Origin: Desulfomicrobium sp.
Lineage (GTDB): Bacteria; Desulfobacterota; Desulfovibrionia; Desulfovibrionales; Desulfomicrobiaceae
DNA length: 64,000 bases
Assembly (NCBI GenBank): GCA_040768745.1
Contig: JAXGMI010000001.1
Location: 640,001-704,000 of the forward strand
Direction of reading: 5' to 3'
The translations under genes and the position numbers were made by a program. This document shows, piece after piece, positions 34,907-43,514 of the stretch; positions within the stretch are counted from its first letter, which is position 1, and each line of letters opens with the position of its first letter. The notes under the pieces are model-generated. The model was not told where the DNA came from and did not search any database. It was given only the letters and a program-made list of their open reading frames with translations.

Positions 34907-35353
34907 ATGGAACATAACACGTGTCGGGTGGAAATGGCTGGCCAAGCCGTGGGTGAGGATGCAGGGCGCCTGTCTCTTCCCTGCTATCTGCATCGAGTCC
35001 CTGCCGGATTTCCCTCCCCGGCAGACGACTACATCGAATCCGCCTTGGATCTGAACAAATTCCTGGTCCGAAACCCCATGGCCACGTTCCTGGTCAGGGT
35101 CAGCGGAGACTCCATGGCCGGTGCGGGTATCCACGACGGGGACATCCTGGTGGTCGATCGGTCAGAGGAAGCGGCACACGGCAAGATTGTGGTACTGGTG
35201 CTGGATGGGGAACTGACGGTAAAGCGACTCCATCTCAAGAATGGGCATTGCATGCTGATACCCGAGAATCCGAGGTACCGGCCCATTCACGTCGGCTCCG
35301 AGCAGGACCTGCACGTCTGGGGGGTGGTCACTGGCCTGGTACGGCAGTTGTAG
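34907..35353 (+). CDS. umuD: UmuD-like S24 autopeptidase
   Basis: VPAGFPSPADDY cleavage region, TFLVRVSGDSM, GELTVKRL; no HTH. Confidence 0.9.
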   Translation: MEHNTCRVEMAGQAVGEDAGRLSLPCYLHRVPAGFPSPADDYIESALDLNKFLVRNPMATFLVRVSGDSMAGAGIHDGDILVVDRSEEAAHGKIVVLVLDGELTVKRLHLKNGHCMLIPENPRYRPIHVGSEQDLHVWGVVTGLVRQL

Positions 35354-35592
35354 TGCCCGCATCTCGGGGAACAGGGTGCCCGCTCGGCTTTCAGAAACCC
35401 GCATGACGCTCTCTGCGCAAAATGACCGTTGATCCCAGTTCTGAAAATGAATCCGGCCACCATGCGCACAACGCGGCCCTGCAGAAGAGGGCCGCGTTGT
35501 ACCCTGGAAAACCTTGCGTGCCCGGGGCGGTCACCCTGCGGTGTACCAAACCTCACTTCCCGGACAGGTGCGTAGGCCGGATTCCAGGACTC

Positions 35593-36885
35593 CTACGAGG
35601 CGCATCCGGCCTGGCGCAAGGTATTGTGTGCCTGCAACGCGCAGAGCTTGCCGCACATCGTGCAGGTCTTACCTTCCCGGGCCCGGTTTTCCTCCCAACG
35701 TCTGCGGGGCAATTCTTGGTCCAGGGCTGTGGAGAACATACCTTCCCAATCGAGTTCCTTGCGGTACACGGACATGAGACGGTCCCGGTCCATGGCACCC
35801 GGGACGCCCTTGGCAATGTCGCCGGAATGGGCCGCGATGAGCGTGCTGACCACGCCCTGGTGCACATCGCCCAGGTTCGGCAGGCAAAGATGCTCCGCCG
35901 GGGTCACGTAACACAGGAAATCCGCGCCCGCAGCAGCTGCGGCCGCACCTCCGATAGCCGCAGTGATGTGGTCGTAGCCTGGGGCGATATCCGTCGTCAG
36001 GGGGCCCAACACATAAAAAGGGGCCCCGTCGCAAATACGTTTCTGCAGCATGACATTGCCGGCGATCTGATCCAACGGCATGTGTCCCGGGCCTTCGATC
36101 ATAACCTGAACACCCCGGTTCCTGGCCCGTTTGGCCAGCTCTCCGATGACTAGAAGTTCATGAATCTGAGCCGAATCCGTGGCGTCGCTGACAGCCCCCG
36201 GGCGCAGACCGTCTCCCAGGCTCAATGTGACGTCGTACTGGAACGCAATGTCGAGCAGGTGATCGAATTCTTCCAGCAGCGGGTTCTCCCGGTTGTTGCG
36301 TTCCATCCAGGCAGCCAGAAGCGCTCCGCCCCGGCTGACGATGCCTGCCACCCTGTCCTGCGCATGGGTCTGGGCCACGGCTCGGCGGGTCACACCACAG
36401 TGCACAGTGATATAGTCGATGCCTTCTGCGCATTGCGCTGCAATGGACTCAAGCAACATCGAGGCGGTCATGGATTCGATCTCACGCCCGGCATCAACCA
36501 GGTCGGCGGCAACGGCATACAACGGCACGGCTCCGACCATGACCGGCGAACGGTCCAGGATCGCCCGCCGTGTAATGCAAAGATCCCGGCCAGTGGAAAG
36601 GTCCATGACACTGTGGGCTCCGGCCTTGACCGCCACGTCCAGCTTGGCCAGTTCGATTTCCAGTGCGCCCTGTACGCCTGATGTGCCGATATTGGCATTG
36701 ACCTTGGTCTTCAAACCTTCCCCGATGCCCTCGGGGGAGAATTCGCGTCCCACGTTCTTGGGAATGACGACCCGTCCCCTGGCCACTCCCTGGCGTATGA
36801 TTTCCGGGTCCTGATTCTCCTTTTGTCCCACAACCCGCATTTCCGGGGTGATGGTGCCCTGAAGGGCCAAACTGAGCTGCGTCAT
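35593..36885 (-). CDS. thiC: phosphomethylpyrimidine synthase (short ThiC)
   Basis: [52 protein letters not shown]; preceded by a TPP riboswitch. Confidence 0.88.
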   Translation of the reverse strand: MTQLSLALQGTITPEMRVVGQKENQDPEIIRQGVARGRVVIPKNVGREFSPEGIGEGLKTKVNANIGTSGVQGALEIELAKLDVAVKAGAHSVMDLSTGRDLCITRRAILDRSPVMVGAVPLYAVAADLVDAGREIESMTASMLLESIAAQCAEGIDYITVHCGVTRRAVAQTHAQDRVAGIVSRGGALLAAWMERNNRENPLLEEFDHLLDIAFQYDVTLSLGDGLRPGAVSDATDSAQIHELLVIGELAKRARNRGVQVMIEGPGHMPLDQIAGNVMLQKRICDGAPFYVLGPLTTDIAPGYDHITAAIGGAAAAAAGADFLCYVTPAEHLCLPNLGDVHQGVVSTLIAAHSGDIAKGVPGAMDRDRLMSVYRKELDWEGMFSTALDQELPRRRWEENRAREGKTCTMCGKLCALQAHNTLRQAGCAS

Positions 36886-36900
36886 GGTATTCCTCCGTTA

Positions 36901-36938
36901 AAAAATGAAAAAGCCGCTTTCCAAAGAAGGAAAGCGGC
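36901..36938 (-). terminator. riboswitch expression-platform terminator
   Basis: minus strand GCCGCTTTCC-TTCTTT-GGAAAGCGGC-TTTTTCATTTTT. Confidence 0.85.
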
Positions 36939-36955
36939 AACAGATGTCTCGCGTA

Positions 36956-37032
36956 GCGTTTTCCTCCGCTGGAATGATCCAGATCAGGTTCAAAGGGTAT
37001 GATCTCAGGCCCGCATGGGCCACCCCTAACGT
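36956..37032 (-). ncRNA. TPP riboswitch
   Basis: minus strand AGGGGTG..CTGAGA..ATACCCTTTGAACCTGATCTGGATCATTCCAGCGGAGGAA matches the THI-box consensus. Confidence 0.92.
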
Positions 37033-37040
37033 CAGAAAGG

Positions 37041-37069
37041 CTTCTACGTAGTCAGCCCTTGTGTGTCAA
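37041..37069 (-). promoter_or_regulatory. sigma70 promoter of riboswitch-thiC
   Basis: TTGACA-N17-TAGAAG ending 8 nt before the aptamer. Confidence 0.65.
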
Positions 37070-37692
37070 CCCGAAGCGACCTCGTCGTGGCCGCGGTCCC
37101 GCGAAGTTTCTTTCGGTGCCGATCCGGCAACGCACATGTTCAGAAAGTAGCGGTGCATGCGGTTGTCGGTGGTCAGTTCCGGATGAAAGGCCGAGCCCAG
37201 GATGTGCCCTTGGCGCAGGGCCACAGGCTGCCCCTGGACCTGGGCCAGCACTTGGACACCTCCGCCGCACCGGGTCACCCGCGGGGCGCGGATGAAGACA
37301 CCCTGCAGCGGCATGCCCGGTTTTTCGAGACCGGAAACATAAAGGTCGGCCACAAAGCTTTCCTGCTGGTGCCCGTAGGCATTGCGTTCCACCGTGATGT
37401 CCAGGAGCCCCAGACAGGGATCTTCGTCCCTGATGCATGCCGCAAGGAGGATGAGCCCCGCGCAGACCCCCCAGACCGGACGCTCGGCTCCGAAAGCCCG
37501 CATGGCCGAATCAAGTCCGGTCAGTCCGGCCAGACGCCGCATGCTCGTGCTTTCCCCGCCCGGCAGAATAAGCCCGTCGAGACCTTCGAGATGGGCAGGA
37601 AGTCGGACAGGCACGGCCTCGGCATCCAGACCGGCCAGCATGGCCGCGTGCTCGGCAAAGGCACCCTGCAGGGCCAGAATGCCGACGCGCAT
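37066..37692 (-). CDS. pdxT: PLP synthase glutaminase subunit
   Basis: GILALQGAF, LPGGEST, GVCAGLI, VFIRAP, FHPELT; TGATG coupling to pdxS. Confidence 0.95.
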   Translation of the reverse strand: MRVGILALQGAFAEHAAMLAGLDAEAVPVRLPAHLEGLDGLILPGGESTSMRRLAGLTGLDSAMRAFGAERPVWGVCAGLILLAACIRDEDPCLGLLDITVERNAYGHQQESFVADLYVSGLEKPGMPLQGVFIRAPRVTRCGGGVQVLAQVQGQPVALRQGHILGSAFHPELTTDNRMHRYFLNMCVAGSAPKETSRDRGHDEVASG

Positions 37693-38588
37693 CACCAACC
37701 GCGCGCAGCCATTTGGTTCGCGCTGTCCAGGGTCCTGGCCGCGACGCCGGACATGGCCGGTCCCAGGTTTGTACTGATTTCAGCCAGAATGGCTGGATCG
37801 TTGAAGTGGGTCACGGCCTGCACGATGGCCTTGGCCCGTTTGGCAGGGTCTCCGCTTTTGAATATGCCGGAGCCCACGAACACCCCGTCCATGCCGAGGT
37901 GCATCATCAGCGCCGCGTCAGCCGGAGTGGCCACCCCGCCTGCCGCAAAATTGACGACAGGCAAGCGGCCCAGCTCGCGCACCTGCCGCAGGAGCTCCAC
38001 CGGGGCGCCGATCTCTTTTGCGTAGCTCACGAGTTCTTCAGAGGGCATGGCGCAGACATGGCGGATGCCGGATTGCACAGTCCGGGCGTGGCGCACGGCT
38101 TCGACAACGTCCCCGGTCCCCGCCTCACCCTTGGTCCGGATCATGGCCGCGCCCTCGGCAATGCGACGTAACGCTTCGCCCAGGTTCCGGCAGCCACAGA
38201 CAAAAGGCACCCTGAATGTGGCCTTGTCTATGTGGAATTCCTCGTCCGCCGGAGTCAATACCTCGCTCTCGTCGATATAGTCCACGCCCACTGCCTCCAG
38301 AATGCGGGCCTCAACGAAATGTCCGATCCGGCATTTGGCCATGACCGGAATGGATACGGCGGCCATGATCTCCCGGATCATGCCTGGATCGGACATGCGG
38401 GCCACGCCGCCGGCTGCGCGGATATCTGCAGGGACCCGCTCCAGGGCCATGACCGCACAGGCTCCGGCCTCCTGGGCGATGCGTGCCTGGTCGGCATTGA
38501 CCACATCCATGATCACCCCGCCTTTGAACATCTGCGCCAAGCCCTTGTTCAGCAGCGACGTCTCCGTCGCATTCGTTGTCTGGTTCAT
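37692..38588 (-). CDS. pdxS: PLP synthase lyase subunit
   Basis: [40 protein letters not shown]. Confidence 0.96.
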   Translation of the reverse strand: MNQTTNATETSLLNKGLAQMFKGGVIMDVVNADQARIAQEAGACAVMALERVPADIRAAGGVARMSDPGMIREIMAAVSIPVMAKCRIGHFVEARILEAVGVDYIDESEVLTPADEEFHIDKATFRVPFVCGCRNLGEALRRIAEGAAMIRTKGEAGTGDVVEAVRHARTVQSGIRHVCAMPSEELVSYAKEIGAPVELLRQVRELGRLPVVNFAAGGVATPADAALMMHLGMDGVFVGSGIFKSGDPAKRAKAIVQAVTHFNDPAILAEISTNLGPAMSGVAARTLDSANQMAARGW

Positions 38589-38683
38589 GGCATCCTCCTT
38601 TTTTGAAAGAGATCTGTAATTAGTCTAGACAAGGAATGGCAATGCTGGTTTTTTATGGAGCGAATATGGAGGGTTTCTCCATA

Positions 38684-39607
38684 TTAGCGTTGCGCAAGGG
38701 ACAGAAGATAGGCCCGCAGGTTGGAGTTCCGGCCATCGAGCTTCAGCTTGCGCCGGATGTGATACCGATGGGAATCAATCGTTGCTGCGCCGACCCCGAG
38801 ACGGGCCGCAATCTCCTTGGTGGTCAACCCCTGGCGGATCAGATCCGCAACCTGGATTTCGGCGGGCGTGAGGTTCTGGCTGGCGACGGAAAGGCGGCGG
38901 CAAAAAGGCTTGGTCAACTCGTCGAGACCCTGACGAACCTCGACAAAAACGTCCTGGGCCGCATCCGCGGTGCAGACCGCCTGCAGGCGGGCCAAGGCCG
39001 GCGCCAGGCGATGACGGACGTTGACCAGCACGCACTGCTCCAGTTCATCCCGATCCTCGTCGCGCTGGTGGAGCAACACTTTCAGGGCAGCATTCATCTC
39101 GGCCAGCCGACTGGTCTGGGATTCGAGTTCCGCTGTGCGCGCCTTCACCCGCGACTCCAGTTCCTCCCTGTACCGCTGCCGCGCATGCTCCTTTTCCTTG
39201 CGGTCCGAAATTTCGGCCAGGGTGCCCACATAGCCCAACAGCTTTCCGTTCGGGTCCAGAACTGGGCGGGTCTGTTCCTCCACCCAGCCAAACGAGCCCT
39301 CGCCACGCACGTAGCGGTACTCTGTCCGAAAAAGGAGGGCTCCCTCCGCCACGGCTCGGGCCCTCTCTGCCATGAGCCGTCCCAGATCGTCGGGGTGCAC
39401 GGTGCGTATCCATCCATCGTCCAGGGCCTCGTCCGGGGAAAGACCCGTCATCTGGCAAAACGTGCGGTTGACGAAAACGCATTTGTCCTCAGCGTCGTCA
39501 AAGAAGATACCCAGTGGCGATCCGTCGACCAGAACGTCCATGCGGGCCTTCAGCTGGACAAGTTCGGCTTCAAGTTCACGGAGACTGGTTTCCGAGATGC
39601 CGGCCAT
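38684..39607 (-). CDS. PAS + LuxR-HTH transcriptional regulator
   Basis: PAS (WIRTVHPDD), C-terminal LTPAEIQVADLIRQGLTTKEIA..HRYHIRRKL. Confidence 0.88.
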   Translation of the reverse strand: MAGISETSLRELEAELVQLKARMDVLVDGSPLGIFFDDAEDKCVFVNRTFCQMTGLSPDEALDDGWIRTVHPDDLGRLMAERARAVAEGALLFRTEYRYVRGEGSFGWVEEQTRPVLDPNGKLLGYVGTLAEISDRKEKEHARQRYREELESRVKARTAELESQTSRLAEMNAALKVLLHQRDEDRDELEQCVLVNVRHRLAPALARLQAVCTADAAQDVFVEVRQGLDELTKPFCRRLSVASQNLTPAEIQVADLIRQGLTTKEIAARLGVGAATIDSHRYHIRRKLKLDGRNSNLRAYLLSLAQR

Positions 39608-39612
39608 GAGGT

Positions 39613-40056
39613 TTATCGCCGGGGTCTGATGGTAATGACCGGCATGGTGGCGATCTTGACAACCTTTTCGGCCACGGATCCGAAAACCAGGCGGTTGAAC
39701 CCATGTCGGCCATGGGTGGCCATGACGATGAGGTCAACCCCTTCGGCCTGGGACAGATCCAGGATGGAATGTGCGGGATCACCGCTGATGACCTTGCCGG
39801 AGGCTTTGACTCCGGGAAAGTGTTTGACCATGAAATCGGACATCTTTTTTTCCGCGCTGTTGACAACGCTGTTCACCACTTTCGGCAGCAAGTCAGGGGG
39901 AAGGTTCATGATCTGATCCTTCGTGCCGATTGGGACCACATGGACGACAAGCACCTCGGACCCGAACCCGAGGGCAATCTCACGGGCCGCTTCTGCAATG
40001 GTCGTGCTGACGTCGGAGAAATCCACCGGGCAAAGCACTTTTGCGAACATGGACAT
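39613..40056 (-). CDS. universal stress protein
   Basis: KVLCPVDFS, DLIVMATHGRHG..FGSVAEKVV. Confidence 0.92.
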   Translation of the reverse strand: MSMFAKVLCPVDFSDVSTTIAEAAREIALGFGSEVLVVHVVPIGTKDQIMNLPPDLLPKVVNSVVNSAEKKMSDFMVKHFPGVKASGKVISGDPAHSILDLSQAEGVDLIVMATHGRHGFNRLVFGSVAEKVVKIATMPVITIRPRR

Positions 40057-40146
40057 GGGGCGATCTCCTTGAACAACTCTGTGTTCCAGTAGAAATATGA
40101 AGGTTACGTTTCGTATGCTTGATTATCATCCAACCAATATCAGGGA

Positions 40147-41415
40147 TCAGACGAAGTCCACCCGTTCCTCTCCCTTGCCTATGGTCACCGTGGCCACGAC
40201 TTCAGGAGTTTCGCTCACGACCTTGCCCCGCCGGATGACCCACAGTCTTGCAGGGCGGAGCCGCAAGGCTTCGAGTTCGTCCGCGGCCTGCAGGATGACC
40301 ATGTCCGCATTGCAGCCGGGTGTCAGTCCATATCCATCCAAACCCAAGACCTTGGCTCCGTTTTCAGTAACTGCCTGAAACATCCTCTTCAGTCCACCCA
40401 CGCCCGTCATGTGCAGGGCATGGGCTCCCATATGGGCCACTTCGAGCATGTCGTGGCTGCCCATGGGATACCAGGGATCCATGACGTCGTCGTGGCCAAA
40501 CGCGACATTGATGCCCTGGCTCAGAAGTTCGGGCACCCGCATGAGGCCCCTTCGTTTGGGGTAGGTGTCGTGGCGCCCCTGCAGATTCATGTTCACCAGC
40601 GGGTTGCAGACGCAGTGCATCCCGCACTCGGCCATCAGGGGGAGCAGCTTGGAAACGTAATAATTGTCCATGGAGTGCATGCTGGTCAGGTGGGACCCCG
40701 TGACCCGGCCATGCAGTCCGAGGCGCTGGGCCTCGAAGGCCAGCATTTCAACATGGCGGGAATGAGGGTCATCCGATTCGTCACAGTGCATATCGACCAT
40801 GAGGCCACGACGCGCCGCGATTTCGCACAGGATGCGCACCGATTCCCGACCCTGCTCCATGGTCCGCTCTAAATGCGGGATGCCACCCACAACATCCACC
40901 CCTTTGTTCAACGCTCTTTCCAAAAGTTCAATGCCGCGGGGGGCCCGCAGCACCCCGTCCTGGGGAAAGGCCACGAGCTGGATGTCGACGTATGGCCGCA
41001 TCTCGTCGCGCACTTCCAACAGGATCTCCACGGCCATGAGGCTCGGGTCCGTGGTGTCCACATGGGTGCGGATGGCCAGGTTTCCCTTGGCCACGGACCA
41101 GCGCACAAGCTTCAATGCCCTGTCTTTCAGGGCCTGAGGCGTCAACAGGGGCTTCAGCTCCCCCCAGATGCGGATGCCTTCGAGCAAGGTGCCGCTGTCG
41201 TTCCGGCGGGGCATCCCGAGGGATAGGGCCGCGTCCATGTGCAAATGACTGTCCACGAAAGGAGGGCTGACCAGATATCCCCTGGCGTCGATGACGCGGT
41301 GAGCCAGGGCTTTGATGGCTGGCCCGACCTCTGTGATCCGGCCATCCTGGCAGGCGATGTCCGAGACTGCGTCACTCCCTGCAAGAACGGCGTTTTTGAC
41401 GAGCAGATCGAGCAT
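40147..41415 (-). CDS. codA: cytosine deaminase-like amidohydrolase
   Basis: PFVDSHLHMD, SGTLLEGI, VAFPQDG, HCDE, GHDDVMDPWYP; AAAGGAGG RBS. Confidence 0.82.
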   Translation of the reverse strand: MLDLLVKNAVLAGSDAVSDIACQDGRITEVGPAIKALAHRVIDARGYLVSPPFVDSHLHMDAALSLGMPRRNDSGTLLEGIRIWGELKPLLTPQALKDRALKLVRWSVAKGNLAIRTHVDTTDPSLMAVEILLEVRDEMRPYVDIQLVAFPQDGVLRAPRGIELLERALNKGVDVVGGIPHLERTMEQGRESVRILCEIAARRGLMVDMHCDESDDPHSRHVEMLAFEAQRLGLHGRVTGSHLTSMHSMDNYYVSKLLPLMAECGMHCVCNPLVNMNLQGRHDTYPKRRGLMRVPELLSQGINVAFGHDDVMDPWYPMGSHDMLEVAHMGAHALHMTGVGGLKRMFQAVTENGAKVLGLDGYGLTPGCNADMVILQAADELEALRLRPARLWVIRRGKVVSETPEVVATVTIGKGEERVDFV

Positions 41416-41484
41416 GTGGCCTCCTTTCCTGGGCTCTCAAGAACCTGTATCGGTCTACGGTTTTTTGGACACGTTTTTGGTTAA

Positions 41485-42373
41485 TCAAGCCGCAACGTTC
41501 ACGGCCTCTTTCTGGATGGCCCGCACCGCTGCCGGAGTCTTGTAGCCGTGGCGTCCAATGATCCATTCCCGGTTGTACGTCTCCTTGAACTCCAAGAGGG
41601 CAAGTCGGAGTTCCTCGACCGTATCGAACCGCCGGACCCAGAGCAGGTTTTCCTTGAGCGTGCGCACGAACCTCTCGGCGATGCCGTTGCCTTGGGGTTC
41701 TCTGACGAAAGCAGGCGAACTCCGGATGCCCAGGAAGGAAACCTCCTCTTGAAACACACTGGAAACGTACTGGCTACCATTGTCATGTCGCAGGGTCAGG
41801 CCCTCTGCCACGGCGGGTCCAAAGGCTCCAAAGCTGTGGCGCACACCTTGGCGAATCGGCTCCAGGGCTTCAAAGCGCGTCCCGTACTTAGCGGCGTGGA
41901 TGCCGACACACTCCAGAGAGCAGTGGTCCACGGCCAGGAAGATCGAAGCGTTGCCTTCTGCATGGTCATCGTCGTGGTCATGTCCGTGCCCCACATCTCG
42001 TCCACCCGGGCAGTCTTGATCGTCCCGTCATGCGCCTTGGGGCCATGCGGCCTGCCGGGCTTGCGCACTGCGAGCAGGTTGTTCTCTCTCATGATCCGAA
42101 GCGTTCGCAGGGGGGACGTTCTGATGCCCTCAAAACGCAACCTGGCCCACACTTTCCGATAGCCTTCACCAGTAAAAGGGAGTTCTGGATGCATGCCACG
42201 ATGTGCCCGAACAACTCCCCATCACTGTGGAAGCCAATAGGGCCTCGGCGGCTTGGTGTGCCCTCATTCGCAACCTTGCGTGCATAATGCGTGGACCTGG
42301 GGAGATTCCAGACCCGGCAAACCAGCACCAGCCCATACGTCTGACCAGTGGAGGGCGAGGTGGACCGGCTCAT
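41485..42373 (-). pseudogene. IS orfB (DDE integrase core) with two single-base deletions
   Basis: lacks one C (GCCTTCTG vs GCCTTCCTG) and one G (AAAAGGGAG vs AAAAGGGGAG) relative to copies 2 and 3. Confidence 0.8.
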
Positions 42374-42759
42374 TTCCTCGACCTCCGCAACCCCAAAGGG
42401 TCTTTTGCCTCCATCATTCGGATCTTCTCGCGGAGCAGTTCTATCTCCATGGTCTGCTCGCCGATTTTCTCATTGAGGCGCTTGTATTCGGCCTCCTCCG
42501 CCGGAGAGCGTTTTTTGAGACTATCCGCGCCACCGGCCAGAAAGGCATCTCTCCATTGTGAGAGCGTGGCAGCCGTCACGCCGAGTTCCCGACTGAGCGT
42601 TTCGATGTCTTCACCACGCAGAAGCCGGAGGACGGCCTCGGTCTTGTGCTGTGCCCAGAATCGCTTGGGAGTTGCCTTCGTCTCCCCGGTTCCAGTCGGC
42701 CTACGGCCTCCCTCCACCGGGGAGACGGCTGAAATATCCTTGTCGCTTTGTTTGCTCAT
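42370..42759 (-). CDS. IS orfA (HTH) transposase subunit
   Basis: identical 129-aa ORF in all three copies. Confidence 0.85.
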   Translation of the reverse strand: MSKQSDKDISAVSPVEGGRRPTGTGETKATPKRFWAQHKTEAVLRLLRGEDIETLSRELGVTAATLSQWRDAFLAGGADSLKKRSPAEEAEYKRLNEKIGEQTMEIELLREKIRMMEAKDPLGLRRSRK

Positions 42760-43148
42760 GAATCACCTCATGGGGAGTCTCTCTACTCCCAATTTGGTGT
42801 CCAAGAAAACCCTATCCCAGAGGAAACCCGGGGCATGCGGCAGCCGTGGGGTCTGGCATGGCTTGGCGATGAGGGTCCAGCCGTTGTTACAGATGTGTGT
42901 ATCATTTTTTGGATCACAACCTCAACAAAACACTTCACCGTCCCGGCATTTCAACAGTTCTCCCCCGTCAGGTCGTCTGGTCCACCGTCGCATTCTCACG
43001 GGATGCGCGGACGGGCATGATGGACAGGCAACCAAGGGGAGGATCATGGCCCCATGCGTTGTGGCCATTGCCAAAATCCACTATCTGCAATCGGGAATTG
43101 AAGTGCAGTTTTGTGGTGGCCCCTTGGGGAATGTCGGAGTGCAGGGTG

Positions 43149-43433
43149 ATGACTGAGGCCAAAATCTGCGAGGCTGCCGGTCTTGGTGCCGGCGAGAGCG
43201 GGAACGAGCCATCGTTGAGCGTAAAGGAATGCCGGGATTGGTCTGTTTGGCGTCAGGATGACAACGCCAATACGTTCTTGGTGCAGGCAAACCTGACAGA
43301 ATCAGAAGCGCAAGACATGGTGCGACATTTCGAGGAAAGCGGACATAAACAGTTCTACTGGGTCAATAATGACGCGAGACAAACTTTTGAATTCCACCAG
43401 AAGAACAAATCTCTCGAGAAAGAAGATTATTGA
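43149..43433 (+). CDS. small conserved hypothetical protein
   Basis: WSVWRQDDNANTF..EA..GHKQFYWV pattern recalled from a widespread small family; start inferred. Confidence 0.6.
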   Translation: MTEAKICEAAGLGAGESGNEPSLSVKECRDWSVWRQDDNANTFLVQANLTESEAQDMVRHFEESGHKQFYWVNNDARQTFEFHQKNKSLEKEDY

Positions 43434-43514
43434 TTCCTCTGCTGAACAAAATCAATGATGATGTGACATGCATTTTTTGAATTTTGCAACATATCAATTG
43501 GTATCGGGATTGAG

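Larger units (their letters stand above)
41446..42824 (-). mobile_element. IS3-family element, copy 1 (1379 bp, orfB frameshifted)
   Basis: near-identical to copies at 56382 and 58902; ends TGTATCGG.. / ..CCCAGAGGA; 4-bp TSD AACC (41442-41445, 42825-42828). Confidence 0.92.

Noticed and set aside
33920..35353. Prophage immunity region
   Set aside because: No integrase, cro, replication or structural phage genes nearby; flanked by carB and thiC.
35593..36885. bzaF (benzimidazole synthesis) instead of thiC
   Set aside because: The upstream element is a TPP riboswitch, not a cobalamin one.
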